Source of the DNA: Candidatus Saganbacteria bacterium | Lineage (GTDB): Bacteria > Margulisbacteria > WOR-1 > JAPLLA01 | Direction: 5' to 3' | NCBI GenBank assembly: GCA_026387795.1 | Contig: JAPLLA010000032.1 | Location: 56,715 to 119,132, forward strand | DNA: 62,418 nt | Shown: piece by piece, positions 44,917-53,683 of the stretch | How positions within the stretch are numbered: position 1 is the stretch's first letter | Layout of the letters: every line of letters begins with the position of its first letter | The notes under the pieces: generated by a model | Seen by the model: the letters and a program-made list of their open reading frames with translations, nothing else | Told to the model about the DNA's origin: nothing | The model's database searches: none | Made by a program: the position numbers and the translations under genes

Positions 44917-46205
44917 GCAATTAGTTGATCGACAACTTCTTCCATTTTTGTCCCGCGCGATCCTTTGATCAATATTGTATCTCCTGCAGTAACCATTGAT
45001 TTTAGCTTTTTAGTTAATTTTTCTTTGGTCGGATAAGAGCTTTTCCATCCTTTCCCAAATGTAAGCACGGCGTCGATTTTTAGTTTTTTTGTCAGCGCCA
45101 ATATTTTATTATGTGCAGGCTTGGCTGCTTTTCCTAACTCCAGCATTTCTCCAAGCACCGCAATTTTACGTCCCCTTTGTTCTCCCAATAGTTCCAGTGC
45201 TGCTTTCATCGAGGAGGGATTAGCATTGTAACAGTCGTTAATGATGCGGATCCCGTTGGGCAGGTCGATAATTTGCGACCGCTTACTGGACGGCTTGAAT
45301 TTTTCCAGCCCATTTTTTATCTGTTTTTTTGTTAATCCTAGTATCTTAGCTACAGCAATCGCAGCCAGCGCATTGTAAATGTTATGTTTTCCCGGAACCG
45401 GCAGCTTAATCCCTTTCAAATTCTTTAAAGACACATCCGCCTTCCTATTTATTCTAAATGTTATTATACGTAACCTGTGACTCGTAACCCGTAACCCGTA
45501 GGTTTTGAGGAAATTGAAATATTCATCGTCTGCATTAAGTACGGCATATTTAGCGCCTTGAAGTATTTCTGCCTTGGCTTTGGCGATATTCTTTTGGGTT
45601 TTGAGCTGCAGCAGATGTGCTTCGCCGATGTTTGTTACTATTGCAATGGTTGGATGTGCGATGTTTACCAGCTCTGCGATTTCTCCGTGGCCCTGCATGG
45701 CCATCTCGATTACCGCAGCCTTATGCTTTTTGTTTAGCTTTAAGAGAGTCAACGGTACGCCGATCTCGTTATTAAAATTCTCTTCATTTTTGAGGGTAGG
45801 GTACGCTTCCGATAGGATTGATGCGAGCATATCTTTTGTAGTTGTTTTCCCTGAACTTCCGGTGATGCCGATGACTGGAATCTTAAACCTGTTCCGATGA
45901 TACTTCGCTAACTGCTGCAGCGCCTTTAATGTGTATTTTACTTTGATGATTTGAACTTTTGAATTTTGAATTTGTTTAGAGTTTAGGATTTCGGATTTAG
46001 AAATTATTGCTCCTGCTGCTCCTTTTTTAATCGCCTCAGCCACAAACCCATGTCCATCAAACTTTTCTCCCACTAGTGCTATGAACAAATCCCCAGGCCG
46101 AATCGTCCTCGTATCTGTAGATATCCCTTTGAATACTGGTGTACTGGTGCACTGGTGAACTGGTGTCCCTTTAGTTGCCTTTAGTATTTCTTCTAACGTA
46201 AACAT
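44913..46205 (-). CDS. murF: UDP-N-acetylmuramoyl-tripeptide--D-alanyl-D-alanine ligase
   Basis: ISTDTR..RPGDLFIAL.GEKFDGH, the GITGSSGKTTTK P-loop, NNEIGVPLT, and DCYNANP...LGEMLELG. Confidence 0.9.
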   Translation of the reverse strand: MFTLEEILKATKGTPVHQCTSTPVFKGISTDTRTIRPGDLFIALVGEKFDGHGFVAEAIKKGAAGAIISKSEILNSKQIQNSKVQIIKVKYTLKALQQLAKYHRNRFKIPVIGITGSSGKTTTKDMLASILSEAYPTLKNEENFNNEIGVPLTLLKLNKKHKAAVIEMAMQGHGEIAELVNIAHPTIAIVTNIGEAHLLQLKTQKNIAKAKAEILQGAKYAVLNADDEYFNFLKTYGLRVTSHRLRIITFRINRKADVSLKNLKGIKLPVPGKHNIYNALAAIAVAKILGLTKKQIKNGLEKFKPSSKRSQIIDLPNGIRIINDCYNANPSSMKAALELLGEQRGRKIAVLGEMLELGKAAKPAHNKILALTKKLKIDAVLTFGKGWKSSYPTKEKLTKKLKSMVTAGDTILIKGSRGTKMEEVVDQLIA

Positions 46206-46350
46206 ACCAGGATTATAACATGCCCTATGCAGGAAGTTTCCGGGGAAGCTGCAGAAAATCTTATTGGATCTTGAAATCCCCGCAAACTTCTTGCGATAAA
46301 TTTATGGTTACAAGCTTTTTAATTTGTTTGGACAAAAAGGGATTTTAATA

Positions 46351-46998
46351 ATGGAATTTTATCTTAGTCCATCTGATCCAACTGTAAGAAGATTGTTTAA
46401 AGGGCTTGAAAGGGTACTTGCAAAGCCAAGGATCCCTATTGCCGAGCGTGCTGCCAAGGTGAAAGCGGAACAAAAAATCCAGCCGGAAGACGCAGCTATC
46501 TTTCATCGGCAGAGCACTTTTGTGATTGGTTCAAACCAGTTCTTGGCCTACGGAGGCGCAGGGATTTCCGGAGAAGTCTTTGGGCATTTTATCGCTGATT
46601 TTGGTTCTCTTTTTGAACAAGCCCATTTTTCTGTTTTTGTTAATCGTGAAGGCAATAACCAAATGATCTCCATGTTAGTAAGTGCAGTGCCAAGAAAAAA
46701 AGGAGATCCGTTCCTCCCTTTAACTGGTCTTCCGCAGCATCCTATTTTAGCCCTAACTTTAGCTATAACAGAAGACAAAATAGTCCTTCACAGGATTAAA
46801 TCACATAGGAAGGGGGGAGGAGGCAAAGCTTTAGCTACACTATTTAATTTTGCAGGTGAAACGGGCAAGCCCAAAATTATCTATTCTGTTTTTCCCTGCT
46901 ATAATGGCGCACGAAGATTTTATTATCACATTGATTTTGGCCGGCCAATTGACAAGAAATGGCGCAAGTGGGAGGTCGACGTTCCCTTGGCAGCCTAA
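46351..46998 (+). CDS. hypothetical protein with GNAT-like C-terminal segment
   Basis: IKSHRKGGGGKALATLF...GARRFYYHIDFG resembles acetyl-CoA-binding motif A of GNAT enzymes. The start is uncertain (track 46324). Confidence 0.45.
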   Translation: MEFYLSPSDPTVRRLFKGLERVLAKPRIPIAERAAKVKAEQKIQPEDAAIFHRQSTFVIGSNQFLAYGGAGISGEVFGHFIADFGSLFEQAHFSVFVNREGNNQMISMLVSAVPRKKGDPFLPLTGLPQHPILALTLAITEDKIVLHRIKSHRKGGGGKALATLFNFAGETGKPKIIYSVFPCYNGARRFYYHIDFGRPIDKKWRKWEVDVPLAA

Positions 46999-48371
46999 CT
47001 AAATTTTTGGCACTTTCTTCAACGCCTCTTTAACTTTTTCTGCCGGGTATTCGTAATCTTCCAGTTTGCCGGACAAATAAGAATCGTATGCCGACAAGTC
47101 AAAATGGCCGTGGCCGCTTAGATTGAAAATAATTACTTCTCCCTCTTTTGCATGCTTGGCTTCTTCTATGGCAGCGTGGATTGCATGCGAACTTTCCGGT
47201 GCAGGCAGGATCCCTTCTGTTTTTGCAAATAATATTGCAGAAGCAAAACAAGCATTCTGGTGATACGCGCGTGCTTCCACAAATTTATCTTTTACCAGAT
47301 TGCTGACCAGCGGCGCCATTCCGTGGTAACGCAATCCGCCTGCGTGGATTCCAGGAGGCATGAAGTCATGGCCTAAAGTGTACATTAATACCAGCGGAGT
47401 CATTCCTGCACTATCTCCAAAATCGTATTCAAAAAGCCCTTTGGTAAGAGTGGGGCAGGACATTGGTTCTACTGCAATGAACCTGGTATTGGATTTTCCT
47501 TTAAGCTTGTCTTTAAGGAAAGGGAAAGCGAGGCCGGCAAAGTTGCTTCCTCCTCCTACGCAGCCAATGACCACATCCGGAGTTTTTTCTCCGATCGATT
47601 TTAACTGTTCAATTGCTTCCAAGCCGATTATGGTTTGGTGTAGCAATACGTGGTTTAATACAGACCCCAAAGAATATTTGGTGTCTTCTCTTCCTACGGC
47701 ATCTTCTACTGCTTCGGAAATTGCCATTCCAAGGCTCCCGTTACTTTTTGGATCTTGGGCTAGTACTGCTTTCCCATATTTAGTTTTGTTGCTTGGAGAA
47801 GCATCAATATTTCCACCCCAGGCTTGCATTAGAAACTTTCGATATGGTTTTTGGTCGTAGCTTACTCTTACCATATATAGTAGCTTACTCTTACCATATA
47901 TATTTGGCATTCCATTTTAAAAAGTGCGCAGGCAAAAGCAAGTGCAGATCCCCATTGCCCAGCCCCGGTTTCTGTGGCAATCCTTTTTACCCCTTCTTGT
48001 TTGTTGTAATAAACCTGTGCTACAGAAGTATTGGGCTTGTGTGAACCAGCAGGAGAGACACTCTCATTTTTGTAATAGATCCTGGCTTTGGTTCCAATTG
48101 CTTTTTCCAGGCTTAAGGCACGGACTAGCGGGGTGGGCCTCCAAAGTTTTAAGATTTGCAATACTTCGTCCGGGATTTCAATCCATGGATCCGGACACAT
48201 TTCTTGTTGGATTAAAGCCATTGGGAAAAGAGGGGCAAGGTCTGCAGGTCCCAAAGGCTGGTGTGTAGCTGGGTGGAGTGGTGGAGACAAAGGTGTTTTT
48301 AAGTCAGAAGCAATGTTGTACCATTTTTGCGGAATATCCTTTTCGCTGAGCAGTATCTTTCTATCAGTCAT
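46999..48371 (-). pseudogene. trpB: tryptophan synthase beta-like (TrpB2-type), frameshifted by a 23-bp tandem duplication
   Basis: N-part 47868-48371 (…SHKPNT…[13 protein letters not shown]…[10 protein letters not shown]) and C-part 46999-47910 ([14 protein letters not shown]…GGGSNFAG…). The unit TATATATGGTAAGAGTAAGCTAC occurs twice in tandem (47857-47879 and 47880-47902). Confidence 0.85.
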
Positions 48372-48439
48372 ATTTGCAGCCTCCTATCAAAAAGTGGCTC
48401 TATTTTAGCAGAGAGGATGGAGAGGCTCAACCGATGTTT

Positions 48440-48856
48440 TTAGACGATTTCTTTGCCAGTTGACGTTAAAACCACTTTGCCGTGCTTGACACCGCGGGTA
48501 GAGATCAGCTTTTCTCCCAATTCCTGCACCTTTTTTGCGGTCCCTTTTACTACAATTACCTCTAAACAATTATGATGGTCAAGATGAATATGGGTGCTTG
48601 CGACGATTTGTTTATGGTGGTCGTGTTCAATGTCATTTAGTTTGTCTGCGAGTTCTCTGGTGTGATGATCAAAAACAATAGAGATGACACCTACTACTTC
48701 TTTATCTTCTTCAATCGATTGCTCCACAATATTATCGCGGATCAAATCCCTGATTGCTTCGGACCTGCTGGGATAGCCTTTTTTGGCAATGATCCGGTCA
48801 AACTTTTCGATTAAGTCTTTTGGTATGGAGACCCCGAATCTTTCTGTGTTTGTCAT
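48440..48856 (-). CDS. nikR: NikR-type nickel-responsive regulator (CopG/RHH plus ACT-like metal-binding domain)
   Basis: RFGVSIPKDLIEKFD...GY.SRSEAIRDLIR followed by a His-rich C-domain (H.H.D.HHC). Confidence 0.85.
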   Translation of the reverse strand: MTNTERFGVSIPKDLIEKFDRIIAKKGYPSRSEAIRDLIRDNIVEQSIEEDKEVVGVISIVFDHHTRELADKLNDIEHDHHKQIVASTHIHLDHHNCLEVIVVKGTAKKVQELGEKLISTRGVKHGKVVLTSTGKEIV

Positions 48857-48857
48857 A

Positions 48858-50015
48858 TTAAACCATCACAATCTTTGCGGGAGGGAAGCCGTTAAAAGCA
48901 GGGACTGCACTTGCAGAAGAATATGCGCCAATGTTTTTAACGTAAACCACATCGCCTACATACATTTCTGGGATCTCTTCGTTTACTGATAGCGTATCAA
49001 ACGAATCACAAGTGGGGCCAGCCAAAGTGCTTAAGAATTTTTGTCCTCTTCTTAAGGTCTTAAATTCATATTTACAATGATCAAATACCATCCCCGAGAA
49101 ATCAGCATACAGACCATCATTGAGATAGTAATAGTTTTTATTGTTACGGAACGCCCTGCCGATTACTTGTGTAACCAATATTCCCGCTGGACCAGAAAAA
49201 AACCTTCCGGGTTCTGCAATAAACTGGACTTTGCGCGTATCAAACAAGGTATGCATCTGTTTTCTGATCTGCTGTGCCATTCTTTCAAAGTTGATGCCGA
49301 TTTCGTTGTCAAAATGGGGGATAGGGAACCCTCCGCCAAGATCTACCATTTTTAAGGGGAGGTCGTTTTCTTCCGCTTCATTGAAAATTGATGCGGTCAG
49401 TTCTAAGGCTTGCAGATAATTTTCCACATTTGCGGATTGGGAGCCAACATGAAAGCTGACCCCTTTGGGAACCAGGCCGAGCGCCTTTGCTTTTCTAAGT
49501 AAAAGATATGCTTGTTCAGGATCAGCCCCAAATTTTAATGAGAGTTCTACTTGGCTTCCTTTGTTTGCAACCTTGATCCTGACCAGCACGTGCGCTTTTG
49601 GATAATGCTTGGCAATTTTATAAAGCTCAGGTTCATTATCAAAAGTCATAAGTCTGACTCTCCGTCTTTTTGCAAACTCCAGGTCTTCCGGAGATTTGAT
49701 GGTGTGGGCAAAAATTACCCGGTTTGGGGAGGCCCCAAGTTTAAGTACTTTTTGCATCTCGACACCGCTTGCAACATCAAAAGATGATCCAAGCTCCACA
49801 AAGGTTTTAATGATTTCCGGATGCGGGTGGGATTTAATGGCATAAAACGGGGTAACTTCCGGTAATGCCTTGGTAAAACGCTCATACTGCTTTTCCAGCA
49901 TACTTCTCCGGATAATCATAAACGGAGTAGCGTGTTTTTTCATGAGCGTACGGATAAGGGCTTCTATATTTGTGGTTTCTAGTTTAGCCTTTTCTTGTTT
50001 TTCGCCGTTTGGCAT
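48858..50015 (-). CDS. Orn/DAP/Arg decarboxylase family 2 enzyme, ornithine decarboxylase-like
   Basis: PFYAIKSHPHP (PLP-Lys region), GSSFDVASG.E, DLGGGFP, EPGRF and CDS.D motifs. Confidence 0.85.
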   Translation of the reverse strand: MPNGEKQEKAKLETTNIEALIRTLMKKHATPFMIIRRSMLEKQYERFTKALPEVTPFYAIKSHPHPEIIKTFVELGSSFDVASGVEMQKVLKLGASPNRVIFAHTIKSPEDLEFAKRRRVRLMTFDNEPELYKIAKHYPKAHVLVRIKVANKGSQVELSLKFGADPEQAYLLLRKAKALGLVPKGVSFHVGSQSANVENYLQALELTASIFNEAEENDLPLKMVDLGGGFPIPHFDNEIGINFERMAQQIRKQMHTLFDTRKVQFIAEPGRFFSGPAGILVTQVIGRAFRNNKNYYYLNDGLYADFSGMVFDHCKYEFKTLRRGQKFLSTLAGPTCDSFDTLSVNEEIPEMYVGDVVYVKNIGAYSSASAVPAFNGFPPAKIVMV

Positions 50016-51501
50016 TTTTATTGTAAACCCTCATCCTTTCAGAGTGGTCAACCAGGAAGTTTATGAATTGCCAGGCATCTTCTTTTTTGGGTTCCGGCAT
50101 ATCAAATTTTGTAAATTTGAGGTTCATGTTTTTAAGAGGAGTCCAGTCTACCGGCTGCGATACAAACGGTTTTATGTAAGGGAGCGCAACTTTTAAGATT
50201 GCTTCGTGGTCAAGGTCGTCCGGAAGCAAGAACCCGCGTTTTGGGTTTTTGATCATCCAGATCGAAGCAGACACGCAGGAGATTGCAACTTGCAGGGTGG
50301 TTGCCTGCTGATGTGGGACGAGCTTTCTGGCAGTATGAATATCTAGTAAGCTTCCACACCACCAGGAATTAAAGTCGTGTCCCATAAGAAGAACTCCAAG
50401 CTCGTCTCTGCCGTCAATAATCTCGTCGCTCATAATGCGCATTTTTTCCTGCATGTGGAACTGTCTCATTTCCAATTCATGCAAAGAATTAATGGCAACG
50501 TCTGAAGGGCAATATGCGTAGTGAACAGTTGGACGATAAATTGCTTTACCTTTTTCCCAAACCGTTAATCTATCGGAGATGCTAAACGCTTCACCGTGGC
50601 GGATGACCATTCCCGTGATTTCTCCGCAAGGGACCCAGGAGCGTACCCAGGTTTTCATTCCTAAAGAACGTAGGCAGATTTGGTTCTTAGGTCCAGTCTT
50701 ATGCTGGAATGCATTTTGAGGTAAATACTTTTCGTGGGTTCCCCAACCAAGCTCTGCAGGAGCAACCCCTTCTTCGTAAAAACCTTCGATGCTCCAGGTG
50801 TTTACAAATTCGTTTACTTGTTTTGGCTGGTTTGTGATCTGGGTGTCTCTTTCAGAGATGTGGATTACTTTTACGCCTGTCAGCATTGCTAATCTTGCGA
50901 AGTCTTTTTTCTCTAGCGCTGTTTCCAGTTTTTTCTTTCTCTTGTCGTTTGGTTTTTCTTTTAAGATCTTGTTTGCAATGTCGATCAACGCATGTTTGGT
51001 GAAGTGGGAGACTAGTCCCGGGTTTGCACCGTGGTCTACAATTGAGGTGGCCCCGTTGTTATCCCCCCATTTTTTTAGCATTTCACGCAGAACCATGTGT
51101 CTGTTGTAGAGGGTATATTTAGTAGGATCGTTTCTTTCCTCATCTCTGTAAGGATCCCAGTCTTCTACAGAAGTGTTTACATAGAGCACATTATTTGCGC
51201 GGCACCACTCCAGCATTGCCTTGCCTTCAATGTTCCACGCCAGATCTATAATTAAATCTCCGGAGCCAACGTATTCTTTTAATTTTGTGGTGTAATTTTC
51301 TTTGGTTATTCTATCTATAACGTATTTTGCGCCCTGATCTAAAGAGGATTGCACTCTTGCACGGTTATCCACGAAATCCATGATCGTGACATTTTGAGGA
51401 GGGAGATCGATCAATTCTAAAACCAGAGGGATGGCGCACTGGGAAACGGACCCGCAGCCAATGATCAAAATCTTACCGTCGAACTTTACCTGCTTTGCCA
51501 T
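49984..51501 (-). CDS. hss: homospermidine synthase
   Basis: Collinear with bacterial HSS as I recall it: ILIIGCGSV, HGANPGLVSHF, IHISERDTQ, NTWS.EGF.EG..PAELGWGT, YRPT.HYAY.P, DELGVLL and DWTPL. The ATG at 51501 has RBS AAGGGGGA (track ORF extends to 51639). Confidence 0.9.
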   Translation of the reverse strand: MAKQVKFDGKILIIGCGSVSQCAIPLVLELIDLPPQNVTIMDFVDNRARVQSSLDQGAKYVIDRITKENYTTKLKEYVGSGDLIIDLAWNIEGKAMLEWCRANNVLYVNTSVEDWDPYRDEERNDPTKYTLYNRHMVLREMLKKWGDNNGATSIVDHGANPGLVSHFTKHALIDIANKILKEKPNDKRKKKLETALEKKDFARLAMLTGVKVIHISERDTQITNQPKQVNEFVNTWSIEGFYEEGVAPAELGWGTHEKYLPQNAFQHKTGPKNQICLRSLGMKTWVRSWVPCGEITGMVIRHGEAFSISDRLTVWEKGKAIYRPTVHYAYCPSDVAINSLHELEMRQFHMQEKMRIMSDEIIDGRDELGVLLMGHDFNSWWCGSLLDIHTARKLVPHQQATTLQVAISCVSASIWMIKNPKRGFLLPDDLDHEAILKVALPYIKPFVSQPVDWTPLKNMNLKFTKFDMPEPKKEDAWQFINFLVDHSERMRVYNKNAKRRKTRKG

Positions 51502-51613
51502 TCTATAACAATCCCCCTTTTTCTTTTTCATTGTAACAAAAATAGGAATAATTTCAAAGTAAATAATGAAATTTTCCGGATTATTGCACGAAAACTTAAG
51601 GTAGGAGGGAAAA

Positions 51614-52717
51614 ATGGCCTCTTTGATTGGTTTAACCAAACCGTTTCTGGAAGCGGTTTATAAAAAAGAGAATGGGGATCCTTTGAAGTGGAGATATAAA
51701 TGCGCTTTTAAGATCCTGCATGTTTTGGGCTTGAACGACAACGAGATCAAGCGGATGTTTGGCGTGCTACATGCTTTTGCTATTAGCAACCTAAGGCCGT
51801 GGGAAAAAGTGAGGGGGCTGGCGCGAGAATTTATTAGAGCACAGGAAACTTTGGTTGAAATGGAAAAGATCCAAGTGGCAATGGATTATATTCAAAGACG
51901 CATTGGGAAGCGCAAGCCGGAGATTGTTTTAACTTTAGGATCTGGCTTAGGCGGCTTGGCAGATCAAATCGAAGATGCAGTAATCATCCCTTACGATGAA
52001 ATTCCTTGTTTTCCAAGAGTGCATGATCACGTAAAAGGACATAAAGGAAACCTAGTAGTAGGAACATTAGAGGGAAAAACAGTAGCAGCCATGCAAGGAA
52101 GATTCCATTTGTTCCAAGGAGTTACTGCAATGGAGGCAGTGAGGCCGCTAAGAACATTGGCGGTCCTAGGTGCAACCCAGTTTTTTGTTACCAACGCTGC
52201 AGGCGCAATCAAGCCGGAGAAGTTTAAAGTGGGAGATTTAATGTTGATCAGTGATTCTTATAATATGACCGGCCAGAATCCTTTGGTAGGACCGAATTTG
52301 TCTCTTGGGACGCGTTTCCCAGCTATGAGCAAAGCATTTTCTCCTGGATTGCATATGGAAATTAAGCTCCTGGCTGCTAAGGAATTACGGATTGATTTAC
52401 AAGAAGGGACCTATGTTCAGGTTCTTGGTCCCAACTATGAATGGGACATGGAAGTAGAAGATATGAAAAGAAGAGGCATAATTGATGCAGTAGGGATGTC
52501 TACTGCAATTGAAGTATTAGCTGCCATACATGCTGGAATGCAGGTTATAGGCGTAACCTTGATTACCAATGTTGCGGCTGGGCTTTCTGATGTTACCCCA
52601 GAACACGGAGAAGTGGAAGATGTAGCAATAAAAAACGCTCCTAGATTTCAGTCCTTAATGAGGCTCTTGGTTTGTCGTGCGCATGAATTAAAATCCGGCA
52701 TAATCTCAATGGCTTAA
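51614..52717 (+). CDS. purine nucleoside phosphorylase (PunA/MTAP-type trimeric family) with ~82-aa N-terminal extension
   Basis: LGSGLGGLAD...HKGNLVVG.LEGK.V..MQGRFH..QG...MSTA.EV motifs. Strong RBS TAGGAGGG 4 nt before the ATG at 51614. Confidence 0.85.
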   Translation: MASLIGLTKPFLEAVYKKENGDPLKWRYKCAFKILHVLGLNDNEIKRMFGVLHAFAISNLRPWEKVRGLAREFIRAQETLVEMEKIQVAMDYIQRRIGKRKPEIVLTLGSGLGGLADQIEDAVIIPYDEIPCFPRVHDHVKGHKGNLVVGTLEGKTVAAMQGRFHLFQGVTAMEAVRPLRTLAVLGATQFFVTNAAGAIKPEKFKVGDLMLISDSYNMTGQNPLVGPNLSLGTRFPAMSKAFSPGLHMEIKLLAAKELRIDLQEGTYVQVLGPNYEWDMEVEDMKRRGIIDAVGMSTAIEVLAAIHAGMQVIGVTLITNVAAGLSDVTPEHGEVEDVAIKNAPRFQSLMRLLVCRAHELKSGIISMA

Positions 52718-52733
52718 TAAGGAGTAAATATAA

Positions 52734-53606
52734 ATGTCCAATATAACCATTAATCCGTATTGTTCCTCTAAATGGGGAGGGAATATTTGGGAAATTACAG
52801 ATGAAGAAGCAGGCCTTAAAGCTACGGTTACAGAAACCGGTGGCAGGCTGATTAGCCTGGAAGTAGATGGACAAGAACTGGTTTATTCTAAAGCGGAACT
52901 TTTTTCTAAAATACCGGATGTTCTGCAATTGGATAGAAAAGATGTTAAGTGGGATCAAATTCTTTTGGGTGGAGAAAAAACCTGGATTGCACCGCAGGAT
53001 TTGTTTGGAGGTAAGGTCCCATTCCTGATTCCAGACTTGGGACATTATACGATTGAGCCGATTGCGGATGGGCTTAAGTTGACCAGTGAGGTTTGTCCGG
53101 AAACTGGGTTGCAAGTTGTCAGACAAATCTGTTTTGGGACAGATGGCCCTGGGACATTTCGGATTACTGCACAACTGGTTAATCATTCTGAGCAAAATAA
53201 ATTGGTTGCTCCATGGAGCGTTTTTCAGCTCCTTGCTCCGGCAAATGTAACAGTTGGTCCGTTGCTTAAAGGACCGGAAGAATTTGAAGGCTACACCATT
53301 CCTTCAGGAGTCTTTATAGATTCTACCAGACAAGGATATTACGAGATGGTTTTAGGGGCAACTGGCCAGAGTTTTAAGGTAGGGTTTTATTTTAGCGGAG
53401 AACAAGGTGGTTTTAACGTTTCATTCCCATCGGGGCATATGCTGATGGAGTCTTTTGCTGTGCCGAAAGGGGCATATCCGCATAAAGGCAGAGCAGAGCT
53501 TTATTTTGGGACAGGTTATTTTGAAACCGAGGTTTTGGGCCCGCTGGAAATCGTGAAACAAGGGAAAGCTACTCAGCCACTGGTAGTTGATTATAGGATG
53601 CTTTGA
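52734..53606 (+). CDS. hypothetical protein (possibly mutarotase-like beta-sandwich)
   Basis: 290-aa ORF 16 nt after the PNP gene. The N-terminal pattern (L.A.V.E.GGRLISLEVDG.ELV) is reminiscent of aldose-epimerase-like proteins. Weak. Confidence 0.5.
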   Translation: MSNITINPYCSSKWGGNIWEITDEEAGLKATVTETGGRLISLEVDGQELVYSKAELFSKIPDVLQLDRKDVKWDQILLGGEKTWIAPQDLFGGKVPFLIPDLGHYTIEPIADGLKLTSEVCPETGLQVVRQICFGTDGPGTFRITAQLVNHSEQNKLVAPWSVFQLLAPANVTVGPLLKGPEEFEGYTIPSGVFIDSTRQGYYEMVLGATGQSFKVGFYFSGEQGGFNVSFPSGHMLMESFAVPKGAYPHKGRAELYFGTGYFETEVLGPLEIVKQGKATQPLVVDYRML

Positions 53607-53683
53607 TTGACTGGGGAAAAGAAAAACCTCAAAAAACTTTTTTAATAAATGAAATATTTCGGTTCTGCCCTCGATAATAAGCC

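Noticed and set aside
47857-47902. Programmed ribosomal frameshift or recoding in trpB
   Set aside because: The disruption is a clean 23-nt tandem duplication with no slippery heptamer or downstream structure. A mutation or artefact is the simpler explanation.
51860-52717. Shorter start (ATG 51860) for the purine nucleoside phosphorylase
   Set aside because: It matches where the conserved core begins, but no RBS precedes it. The ATG at 51614 has a near-perfect TAGGAGGG at optimal spacing and the frame stays open. The longer call is kept, with the uncertainty flagged.
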